Shown piece by piece: positions 35,806 through 44,961 of a stretch of 64,000 nucleotides of DNA (position 1 is its first letter; each line of letters begins with the position of its first letter). Below the pieces are notes generated by a model that was not told the DNA's origin, searched no databases, and saw only the letters and a program-made list of their open reading frames with translations. The translations under genes and the position numbers were made by a program. The DNA lies in IMG/VR virus record IMGVR_UViG_3300049048_000052, positions 186,001 to 250,000 of that record; one strand, 5' to 3'.

Positions 35806-38757
35806 TTAGGTTCCGTATGTAATAGAGGATAGTCTTCTAGCAAAGGGTATAACGGAGCTATCAGCAGTCTTGAAGTCTAATCTTATTGTTAGTTTCCTTC
35901 TGAGGGTACTTATGGAGGCCCCTGATGGGCTGATATTAGATATAGCATCTGATAAGGATAATGCCTTATAAGTATAACCATATAAGGGTATATTACCATC
36001 AAGTAGGAAGGTAGCAGCTGAATCCATGTCCATAGTCTCCCAGCTAATACCAGCATTAGAACTAAATAGAACATCGATAGACGTACCCTTTGGTATGTAT
36101 GCCTCAAAGGTAGTTTCTATATTATTATAGGCCGCCTCAAACTCTACAGTCTTACTGATCCAGGTAGAACTACGTCTATTAGCTATAGTGGTGAATGTAC
36201 TAGCATCTAGTTCTAATAAAGGAGACATTTGGTTAGTGTTGTTAAGTACAACCTTTAATTCAGAGGTGCTTGCAGGTTGTTGTAAGGTGTATTCATAGCC
36301 TCTAACCAAAGCCCAAGTACCATTCTCTTTAACGTAGGTTTGTATATTAGTACCAGCAGGTAATATAACAGGCATGTTAAATCTAACAGAGTTGTAGGGC
36401 TCTACATTCTCTATGTTAACTAATAGCTCAGACTTAGTATTAGCCATGACAGCCTTATTAAGTCTAAAGCTGAGATCCATATCATTATGAGGCTGCCAGC
36501 TACCCTCTTTCCTGGATAGGAGGATACCATTGAGTAGGGCTTGTGTAGTGGTTATTGTACCGTCAAGCAGCGAACGGGCCCCTATTGTAGAAACATATAA
36601 TTCTAGGCCAGGTAAGTTGGGACTAATAACTAATGCATATTGACCCCTGTTGCTTATAAAGGCAGGTTTGTCTAATACAACCTCTGTCCACTTACTACCG
36701 TTACTACTTAGTTGTATATCAGACAAACTTAAGTCTCCTATAGCTAGACATTCTGGAGTGGGTAGGCCACCATTAGCTGAGACTATAGATACCCTTGCTG
36801 CTATGATTGTGTTGTCCGTTTGTAGATTAGGAGCACTTCTTATCTTTAACCATATCGAGGTAATGCTAACAGGTTCCTCAATAAGGAATGTTTGGGCCCA
36901 ACCCTCAGTGCTTGATGCATAAGTAGTATTTAGAGGTAATACACCAGAGGCTGAATCTAGATCAGTTGTTATGGGCACTATGGCATCGTTTATAGATCTG
37001 TACACCGCTGAGGCAGTCGATCTAGGACCTGATAGTGTTACAACATAAGTATCAAGAGCTAGATTACTTGGTATGAAGAACTTAAGGAAAGCCATACCAT
37101 CAGCCCTAGCCTTTATGGAGTTAGTGGAAGAACCCGCCAAGGTGCCATTTAATAATGTGAACTGACTTATAGCTACATTACCAAAAGAGAGTGTAAGATT
37201 ATCCTCGTTAGGTTGGAAACCCGTACATTGGACGGTTATCTCCCTAACTAATAGGTTGAGGTTCAGGCTCACCCTACTATCATTATTAAGTGATAATGCT
37301 TTTAATATATTATCTTTAAGTGTTGGTAGAGATGATGGGGCCACCGCGCTATAAGGTATAGTAGCGGAGTCTGCTGGACCACTACTGGGACTTATATTCA
37401 TATGAGCTATAGTTCGGGTGTTGACTCCTAGGTTGACCCATGATGTACACTTAGCCTGTTCTATGTATGACTCTTCAGAGAATGAGCACATAGCGTAATT
37501 AGGTGTCCCATTACGGGCTACTATGTCTAAGGCAGTGGGAGTTAAGCCCACATTGACTATATCCTTAATACTAGTACTAAAGCCTGGCCTCAGTGCCCTA
37601 ATAGAGGGCATGAAGGAAGCATTGTAAAGAGGATGGTATGTATCGCTCCTGCTAAGGTCTATTAGAGCATCTGTAAATACGCCACTCAAATCAAATAGGT
37701 TATTATCTCCTATATCTAAAGCCTGCTTATCTAATAATAATTGGGTCATCTCCCTCTCATTACGATAGTTCTCCTCTGAGAGCAGTATAAGATCTGCATT
37801 AGTTAGGGATCTCTTCTTGGACAAAACAAGGGATATGTCCCTCTTGAATTGCCCTCCTATTAAAGTTCTATTAGTAATTTCTAGAGTAGCTAGATCTATA
37901 GTTGAGTGGGGTAAGCCGGGTACATATGTAGTAGGATCCTGCTCAGAATAATATTCTATAGTTCCTTGTTGGTTGAGCAGTATGATGTACCTAAATATTG
38001 TATTAGGTGTAGACGGAAAACTAGGTAAGTATAGGTAGGAGCCATAGGGTAAATAAACCCTGACTCCCTCTATATAAGCAACACCTGCATTAATTGTTAG
38101 CTTACGTGTTTCTTGATCCAGGCTAACCTCCATACCGTTAGCTATGAAGTCCCCGTTCTCTTCATACCAACGCTGACTAACCCTAGAGGATATAGCCTGG
38201 CCTATTATATTAGGGTCATATACCTTGGTAAGCTTACCGGGTCTATAGTGAAGTACATCCGGGGCCCCACCTGAAGGTCTATTATCAATTACTGCTATAG
38301 GATAACTATCCTCATTAAGAGTAAGTCTATATCTTACAACCAATCTATGAGCCCCGTAATCCCCCTTAATGAATAAGGGGTCTCTTAGAAGCTCAGAGTT
38401 ATCATCTATAAGAAAGTCTATCCTAAAGCCTAAGGATACTCTACCCTGTTTGGATACAGGTATCCGGTCGGCGGGTGCTATGTCTATGTAGAGGCCTCCG
38501 TGGGGAGTCTCTACATATATCTGACCCTGAGATAAGTGTAATATGTTGTACTTATCATTTATCTCAATGACACTAACCTTAAGGCCCCAAGTTGGAGAGT
38601 ATATACCGTAGACATAGGACGATAACCTTTGGTATTGGTAATTAAGTACAGATTGGAGTTCATGTAGCTCAGCTATTTGCAAAGGCCTATCAGGTCTGGC
38701 TAGCACCTTTACCCAACCAGACTCAGGGGTCCACCTATTAGAATATTTATTTTCCAT
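35806..38757 (-). CDS. DUF4815-like tail/baseplate protein, paralog of 38764..43182
   Basis: N-terminal RW....WVKVL..P...LQ.AE..E.Q; NAGVAYIEGVRV; FTDAL.D; AQTF; D.DLSF.LNKA; C-terminal WISKTV.F. Confidence 0.75.
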   Translation of the reverse strand: MENKYSNRWTPESGWVKVLARPDRPLQIAELHELQSVLNYQYQRLSSYVYGIYSPTWGLKVSVIEINDKYNILHLSQGQIYVETPHGGLYIDIAPADRIPVSKQGRVSLGFRIDFLIDDNSELLRDPLFIKGDYGAHRLVVRYRLTLNEDSYPIAVIDNRPSGGAPDVLHYRPGKLTKVYDPNIIGQAISSRVSQRWYEENGDFIANGMEVSLDQETRKLTINAGVAYIEGVRVYLPYGSYLYLPSFPSTPNTIFRYIILLNQQGTIEYYSEQDPTTYVPGLPHSTIDLATLEITNRTLIGGQFKRDISLVLSKKRSLTNADLILLSEENYRNEREMTQLLLDKQALDIGDNNLFDLSGVFTDALIDLSRSDTYHPLYNASFMPSIRALRPGFSTSIKDIVNVGLTPTALDIVARNGTPNYAMCSFSEESYIEQAKCTSWVNLGVNTRTIAHMNISPSSGPADSATIPYSAVAPSSLPTLKDNILKALSLNNDSRVSLNLNLLVREITVQCTGFQPNEDNLTLSFGNVAISQFTLLNGTLAGSSTNSIKARADGMAFLKFFIPSNLALDTYVVTLSGPRSTASAVYRSINDAIVPITTDLDSASGVLPLNTTYASSTEGWAQTFLIEEPVSITSIWLKIRSAPNLQTDNTIIAARVSIVSANGGLPTPECLAIGDLSLSDIQLSSNGSKWTEVVLDKPAFISNRGQYALVISPNLPGLELYVSTIGARSLLDGTITTTQALLNGILLSRKEGSWQPHNDMDLSFRLNKAVMANTKSELLVNIENVEPYNSVRFNMPVILPAGTNIQTYVKENGTWALVRGYEYTLQQPASTSELKVVLNNTNQMSPLLELDASTFTTIANRRSSTWISKTVEFEAAYNNIETTFEAYIPKGTSIDVLFSSNAGISWETMDMDSAATFLLDGNIPLYGYTYKALSLSDAISNISPSGASISTLRRKLTIRLDFKTADSSVIPFARRLSSITYGT

Positions 38758-38763
38758 CTTGTT

Positions 38764-41700
38764 TTAGTACACGTATGTCATAACGTTCTTTATAACAGCC
38801 TGCTTGGCTCTATCGGTGGTACTGATCTCTATCCTATACCTAAACTTCTTCCTGAGCTCAGTAAGTGCATAGATAGTAGATGGCTCTACCTTAAAGTATC
38901 TAGCCTCATATAGCTGAGTACCACTGTCCACAAGAGAGACGGAGGTGTTATCTAGGGTTAACTCATACCACTCCTGGCCTTCCCATGCAAAGCCGCTAGT
39001 AGGACTGTAGAATACCTTAATATTAGCTTCAACTGGTTTCACATATCTAACTATGACATCTATCTTTTTATAGGCATCCGGATAGGTGACCATCTTACTT
39101 ACTATTTGAGAGGCAGCATTAGCAGAATAAAAAGATATAGAGTTACCCTCTAGTGATATAGCAGGGCTAATAGTATCTGAGAATGTAGATAATGTAGCCC
39201 TAACTCTTAGAGAGTTCTTCTTAAAGGGTAAACATACTGTGACGTTAGGTTGGAATTTAACCCATACACTAGGAGTACTCTCGTATTCATAGGTAAGCTC
39301 TGTACCCTTTGGTACTATGTCTCTTGTATTGAGGCAGAAATAAGTTATATCAGTTACGGCATCTGATATGCCATAGGTACCTAAGTCTACAATTACAGGA
39401 CTAGTACTAAACTTAGCCCGGTCAATCTCATATGTAAGATCCTCCCGGTCTAATTCGCTAAGTATATTACCGTCCTTAGTTGTATATAGGGAGCCTTGTA
39501 GATACAGTTGGTCTCCTAAGGTTGAACCATTAATAAGATCTGGCTCTCCTAGTTGAGAAGTAAATATATTAAAGGATCCCGAGGTACTTTCTAGACCTAA
39601 CGAGTAGTTTTGGTTCCTATTTATAAGGATAGGCTTAGGAAACTGGAATGTAGTCTGTAGGGCAGAATTGGTACTGTATTGATACGTATCTGCTTGGGCC
39701 CTAGTGTAAGTTATCTTACCCGGCATATCATTAGCAGACCTTAGGTATACATTAAGATCTCCATCGGATGGACCTGACTTTAATCTTAGTTTAACCCCAG
39801 TAACATAGTAATTACCGAAGGATTCAAAGGTCTGATTAATAGGACTGAATCTAATAGGATACTCCTGAGCTTTCTCTAGCTGTAGGGTACTACTATTACC
39901 AATAGCCCCTGGATCTATATTAGATACGCCTAGCCTTAGGAGATCCTCACTAATATAGTCGTTATACTCTACGGGTAATGCAGAGTTACTGGTTACGCTT
40001 ATGGGTAAGGCGCCCCAACTCTTCATAGCACCTATAACTATCTGATTAAACAAATTGTTATATAGACTAATCCTAGACTTAGCATAGCCATCATTACCTA
40101 CCAGCTCTATAGCTAGAACTCCGGGGGCCAAGTCAGCAGGTAAGGTTATTCTAACTGTTATAGTTCCATCAGCTTTAGCCTTAATAGCCCCTGGGTATGC
40201 AAGACTACCCGGAGTATTATTCTGTAGGACAAAGGTAGTTACAGGCTTACCCGATATCATAATTCTATAATTATCAGAGCCCGGTATTAGGCCTTCTGCC
40301 ATAAGGATTAAGCCAATATTAGCCTCTATAGTAACCTGGGAGAATAAGGCAGCCAGGAAACTATTAGTTCTAGCATCTACGCTGTTAATAGCATCACCTG
40401 ATAATATAGAGTCGGAGGCCTTTTCAGCTGCCGAGGAGAAGAGACTATTAACTGAAGATACAATACTATCCACATAAGGAGAACGTGCTCCCTGTCTAAG
40501 TAATGTGCTTGTTATAGCCGTAAGGTAATCACAAGGTGTTAAACCCTTAAAGGTCTTATTATTAAATAATGTGGCACTGGAAATATATAACTTACCTCTC
40601 CTCTTAACACTATTGGAGTAAGGAGATAGCGCCATAGATCTAGTGGCCCTTGACTGAGAGATAAGGGGAACATTGGTATAGGGTAAGGTTACTACCGAAT
40701 TAATACCTGTCTCATTCTTTGATACTAATCCACCTGATGTATACCTAATAGGTACATCCTTATGAATATAACCCGCGCTAATAGACTGTATAGCAGGAAC
40801 TACAGAAGCACTCCAGAGAGTGGACGAAGTATCCAACTTAGATAAGTCTTGCACTGGTTCATTGAATAGGCCTATAGGGGCGCTACCTACCGCTAAACTA
40901 GATCTCCTATATGCTTCTAGGTCTAACTTGATTATCTCTAGATTCTGAGTGTTTTGCCGTACCCTGTCTGATAATACCTGTTGATCTTGGACTGTAAGTC
41001 TACGACACTTAAGAGGTGCAATAGTAATCCTATCTGCAAACATCTTAAAGGATGATACTGCTAATAGATTATCTGGTACTGAAGGTAGTAATGGGTCCTG
41101 ACTAGCCGCAGATAATATATAACCAAAGTTACCATCCTTGTCTAGAGTTATTACACCAGCCTTAGCTAGATAATAGGTATAGCTGACAGTAAATGTACCA
41201 TTATAAACATTAATGCCTTGGGCCGTCTGGGTATAGACTACTGCAGGCGTTCTACCAATAAAGATTATAGAGTCTGTACTGGAATCCAGGGTGAAATCAT
41301 CGTTTATTGCTAAGGGCTGGGTATATAAAAAGGACACATAATAGGTGGTGCCGGGGGCAGGTTCAACCCCTGACAGAGACCAATCAATCTTAGACTGATC
41401 TACTAAACGGAAGTCTATGCCCTCCGTATATGTAGTAGTACCTTGTATAACCTTGATGATTCTGAATATAGAATCATCTCCTAATAGATCTGTAGTACCA
41501 GGGGTGGTACCTCTGACTAGAGGTTTTAAGTCCTCCTGCATCTCAGCAACTAGGCTAAGTATTTCAGCAACGGGTCTAAATCCTAGTTGGAAGGCAGTTG
41601 TAGTGCCTCCGCCACCTAGATTAGCACTAGGGATATCAGATATGATACGGCCTGCACCGGAGGCTTGATTGCTACTGTTCCTCTTAATAGATTCTATCGA

Positions 41701-43182
41701 TACCCCTATCTGGTTAGCTCTTTCGTTTAAGGAAGTGCTGGTTATCTCTAATGAAGTACCAGAGGCCCCTGCCTTATTAATAACTAGATTGTTCTTTATA
41801 ATAGCTCTAACCTCTATAGAACTTAAGGCGCTATTAGGACTAATGTAAGTTATATAAGCGTTTAGAGTATTATCTACACTATTAACTTGTTGTTCTATAA
41901 ATAGTAGTAATGAGGGTATATCTGTTAGGGCAGTATTGGCAGCAGCACAACTAACCTCAATAGATGCGGTAATTGAATTACCTTGATATAGAAGATTAGT
42001 GAAGGTTACTCTTAGTAGAGTATTATCAGCAACTATATTAGCAAATGTGGATCCATCAGTTAACAGCAGTTGTCTAATAGCTTTAGCAGGGGTGCCTGCA
42101 TATGTAAACTTAACTGAGTCTACTGCGGTAGTAGGTAAGTCCTTAGGTACCGATATTATAGAGGGATCTGCTTTACATACCCGGAAGCCTTCAACGTATG
42201 CCACACCTGCGGTAATGCTAAAGAGTTCCTTATCTACTAATAGGTTGGATGCCTTATCAAGACTAGTACTGCTATTCTGGTATAAGGTCTGTTTAGTCAC
42301 TACGAGGTTAGCCAGACCATTATAGTCAGACTGTGCCTGAGCCACACGCTGTAGTAGATCGGCCCTAAGTGCTAGGTTACCACTAGTGGGACTGGCATTA
42401 GCTTGTAGATTAGACTGGTTTAATTGAGATTGTAGATTCTCTAGATTAGCCTTAGCTGCCTGAGCGTCTGATAGCGATTGTTGTAACTCTGAATTAGCAA
42501 TATCTACTGCATTCTGTAAGCTAGTGTATTTATTCTTATCGGCTACCGCCCTACTACTATTACCTACAGAAGTGGTCTCATAACCACTAACACAGAAATG
42601 TCCTGATCTTTCATATGTATACTGACTAAGAACTGTCTCAACCCTATAAAAAGGATTAAGTTGAGATTGGTTAACTACTCCATCAATAACCTTACCTATA
42701 GTAAAGGCATTGGGATCATCTATAAGAACAGAGGTAGTCCATATAAGTCTAGCTGCACCTGCTGGACCATACAATTCACCGCCTTTAAGTGGGTCTCTAA
42801 GAGAAGCATCCTCTTTCTCAGTTATGATGGACTCTTCTAGAAGTATTCCCACAGAGTAAGAACCTGATGTAGGTACAACAATATTAGTAGATGGTATATC
42901 AACTATTAAACCCTCTACATAAAACTGCCCTGCACTAATAGATATAGTTACTTCCTCTTCAGACCTAGCGCTAACCCCCATCCTCAAACCAGATATAGAG
43001 GTGCCATTTTTAAATAAGGTATTAAAACCCTGCTTAAGATTATCCTGAATTATGGTTTGTATCTCAGTCACCTCAGCAGTCTGCAGTGCTTGGCCTGGTA
43101 CAGGAAGTACCTTAACCCAGTTCTTGTTTCTCTTATACCTATCGGGATACAGGGGATCTCTAGAGTAGTCAAATAATGCCAT
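38764..43182 (-). CDS. DUF4815-like large tail/baseplate protein with an internal coiled coil
   Basis: Y.DRY...KNWVKVLPVPG.ALQTAE.TE.Q; AGVAYVEGFRV; NQTF; EDLTYEI.RAKF. Confidence 0.78.
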   Translation of the reverse strand: MALFDYSRDPLYPDRYKRNKNWVKVLPVPGQALQTAEVTEIQTIIQDNLKQGFNTLFKNGTSISGLRMGVSARSEEEVTISISAGQFYVEGLIVDIPSTNIVVPTSGSYSVGILLEESIITEKEDASLRDPLKGGELYGPAGAARLIWTTSVLIDDPNAFTIGKVIDGVVNQSQLNPFYRVETVLSQYTYERSGHFCVSGYETTSVGNSSRAVADKNKYTSLQNAVDIANSELQQSLSDAQAAKANLENLQSQLNQSNLQANASPTSGNLALRADLLQRVAQAQSDYNGLANLVVTKQTLYQNSSTSLDKASNLLVDKELFSITAGVAYVEGFRVCKADPSIISVPKDLPTTAVDSVKFTYAGTPAKAIRQLLLTDGSTFANIVADNTLLRVTFTNLLYQGNSITASIEVSCAAANTALTDIPSLLLFIEQQVNSVDNTLNAYITYISPNSALSSIEVRAIIKNNLVINKAGASGTSLEITSTSLNERANQIGVSIESIKRNSSNQASGAGRIISDIPSANLGGGGTTTAFQLGFRPVAEILSLVAEMQEDLKPLVRGTTPGTTDLLGDDSIFRIIKVIQGTTTYTEGIDFRLVDQSKIDWSLSGVEPAPGTTYYVSFLYTQPLAINDDFTLDSSTDSIIFIGRTPAVVYTQTAQGINVYNGTFTVSYTYYLAKAGVITLDKDGNFGYILSAASQDPLLPSVPDNLLAVSSFKMFADRITIAPLKCRRLTVQDQQVLSDRVRQNTQNLEIIKLDLEAYRRSSLAVGSAPIGLFNEPVQDLSKLDTSSTLWSASVVPAIQSISAGYIHKDVPIRYTSGGLVSKNETGINSVVTLPYTNVPLISQSRATRSMALSPYSNSVKRRGKLYISSATLFNNKTFKGLTPCDYLTAITSTLLRQGARSPYVDSIVSSVNSLFSSAAEKASDSILSGDAINSVDARTNSFLAALFSQVTIEANIGLILMAEGLIPGSDNYRIMISGKPVTTFVLQNNTPGSLAYPGAIKAKADGTITVRITLPADLAPGVLAIELVGNDGYAKSRISLYNNLFNQIVIGAMKSWGALPISVTSNSALPVEYNDYISEDLLRLGVSNIDPGAIGNSSTLQLEKAQEYPIRFSPINQTFESFGNYYVTGVKLRLKSGPSDGDLNVYLRSANDMPGKITYTRAQADTYQYSTNSALQTTFQFPKPILINRNQNYSLGLESTSGSFNIFTSQLGEPDLINGSTLGDQLYLQGSLYTTKDGNILSELDREDLTYEIDRAKFSTSPVIVDLGTYGISDAVTDITYFCLNTRDIVPKGTELTYEYESTPSVWVKFQPNVTVCLPFKKNSLRVRATLSTFSDTISPAISLEGNSISFYSANAASQIVSKMVTYPDAYKKIDVIVRYVKPVEANIKVFYSPTSGFAWEGQEWYELTLDNTSVSLVDSGTQLYEARYFKVEPSTIYALTELRKKFRYRIEISTTDRAKQAVIKNVMTYVY

Positions 43183-43192
43183 GTTCTCGTCT

Positions 43193-43744
43193 CTACAGTT
43201 TTATTATTGTTTGTATGGAGTGACTCTTGTTGGTAATTCTTGCTATAGGAGTACTATAAGCAACCCAATGGAGGAGGCCCGTGCTCTTAATCTCACTGGG
43301 TAGGTATTCCTGCTTATTAGTGGGTATACCTGAGTTAAACGTCACGTTGGTGTGTAGACCTGTAACCCTATAAGCAGGCTCTGTATAATCAGTACTTTTG
43401 ATTACAGTAGCTAAGTACAGGTGTGTAGGATATATCTCAAAGTACGTGCCGTCTATAAGCAAATCATCAAGATCATATAACCTATACCAAACATTATCAC
43501 ACAGTATATCCTTAGAGGTTGGACAATCTGTGATCCTAGCAGCCTTGAAGGTAAGAACTCTCTTAATTAGTATAGGTTCGGGTACTCCCCTTAGATCTAC
43601 TGGAGGTAGTGGTGGTTGTGTGTCATCGGGCCAGGCCGTTGGCTTTGCTATGGAGAAAAAGAAGTTATTATTGCCATTAACAAAGTCATATATTCTATGG
43701 GCCTTCCCTTGGAGGGTTATACTCTGGTTGATTATGTTAGTCAT
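43193..43744 (-). CDS. baseplate wedge protein (T4 gp8-like N-terminal motif)
   Basis: FFSIAKPTAWPDDTQPPLPP resembles the GR..PW.D...PP.P motif; baseplate context. Confidence 0.5.
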   Translation of the reverse strand: MTNIINQSITLQGKAHRIYDFVNGNNNFFFSIAKPTAWPDDTQPPLPPVDLRGVPEPILIKRVLTFKAARITDCPTSKDILCDNVWYRLYDLDDLLIDGTYFEIYPTHLYLATVIKSTDYTEPAYRVTGLHTNVTFNSGIPTNKQEYLPSEIKSTGLLHWVAYSTPIARITNKSHSIQTIIKL

Positions 43745-44853
43745 ACGTTAAGAATACTATCTATTATTTCTTTTGAGGTTAGGCCTGCGGATATAAAGGA
43801 GCCTTGTCTAGGGCCGTCATATGGTATAGCTAGAACACCTGTGACATGAATGTTAGGTATGGTTGTCCTGAAGCCTTGGCTAAGTTTAGGGAAGTTAGGC
43901 ATAAAGCTATAGGATTCTATAGGGTCCTTAGTAGGTATAAGCTTATAGTCTGGATCCAAGCCCGTCATGACTATTATATAGTCTATATCATCTAATACCT
44001 CTTGAAAGTCTGAGGTGTTATTACCTGTAAGACTAACTATATTAGATGAGACCCTCTGTAGTCTCCTATGTATGTAGGGAGTTATAGAGGGTTGCCATGC
44101 TTTAATATCCTGTAAGTATTTAAGTCTGAGGGGCCAATCCTGGATTCTTCTATAGAATCCACCAAGGCCTGTCTTAGGACCCCATTCTGTCCAGGTAGGT
44201 AAGGGGTAATTAGTTACCTTAGGATCGGCCTTAGTAATCCAGTAGACAGTGTTCTCATGGGCGAATCTCTCAGTTACCTCAGCGGCACCCTGTCCACTAC
44301 CTATTACACATATCCTCTTGTTAGTAGGAGACTCTGATAATAAGAAGCTAAGTTTAACCTCCTTCTGTTTCAGCTCTGTCTTAGCTATCCACTTGGGTAG
44401 TGTGCCAAGATTACAGCCTCCAAATGCTACGACGATGTTCTTGGCCTCTATTGTTTGGAATGTTGTCCTAATCTTATTACCATCAATAAGGTTGACCCTC
44501 TCTCTAATTAGGGCGGCCCCCTGTAAAGTTAACTGGAATATATGTTTAAGGTAACCCTCGAATGTTGCCCTATCTACTTTGGAACCTTGTGTCTCCACAG
44601 CATACTGACTAGCACTATAAGGCAGATTCAACTCCATATACTCGTTAAGTGAGTACTCATACATGTCAGGCAGATATGTAAATAGATCAAAGGTAGAAGG
44701 ACTCCTCATCTCAAGGTCTGGTATTATATTTGGGGCCCTCCAACTTGCCAGAGGCTGATCATCAATCATAACTACACTAAGCCCTCTCTCGATGGCATAC
44801 TTAGCTACTGATAATCCCCTGGGACCTACACCTAATACTGCTAGATCAAACAT
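43741..44853 (-). CDS. FAD/NAD(P)H-dependent monooxygenase, lysine N6/ornithine N5-hydroxylase (IucD/SidA/PvdA)-like
   Basis: FAD motif DLAVLGVGPRG, W.....P...MRSP, NADPH motif VIGSGQGAAE, IIVMTG, HVTG.LA....GP. Confidence 0.72.
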   Translation of the reverse strand: MFDLAVLGVGPRGLSVAKYAIERGLSVVMIDDQPLASWRAPNIIPDLEMRSPSTFDLFTYLPDMYEYSLNEYMELNLPYSASQYAVETQGSKVDRATFEGYLKHIFQLTLQGAALIRERVNLIDGNKIRTTFQTIEAKNIVVAFGGCNLGTLPKWIAKTELKQKEVKLSFLLSESPTNKRICVIGSGQGAAEVTERFAHENTVYWITKADPKVTNYPLPTWTEWGPKTGLGGFYRRIQDWPLRLKYLQDIKAWQPSITPYIHRRLQRVSSNIVSLTGNNTSDFQEVLDDIDYIIVMTGLDPDYKLIPTKDPIESYSFMPNFPKLSQGFRTTIPNIHVTGVLAIPYDGPRQGSFISAGLTSKEIIDSILNV

Positions 44854-44912
44854 ATTAATACTTATATAGCTAAATCATCATGTTCCCTAAGGGTTGTGTG
44901 ATGGTGCGCAAT

Positions 44913-44943
44913 AAAAAACAGTAGGACTTTCATCCTACTGTTT
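44913..44943 (-). terminator. rho-independent terminator after the large fibre gene
   Basis: On the - strand: AAACAGTAGGA-tgaaag-TCCTACTG followed by TTTTTT. Confidence 0.8.
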
Positions 44944-44961
44944 GTCTGTTAAGAAAACCAA

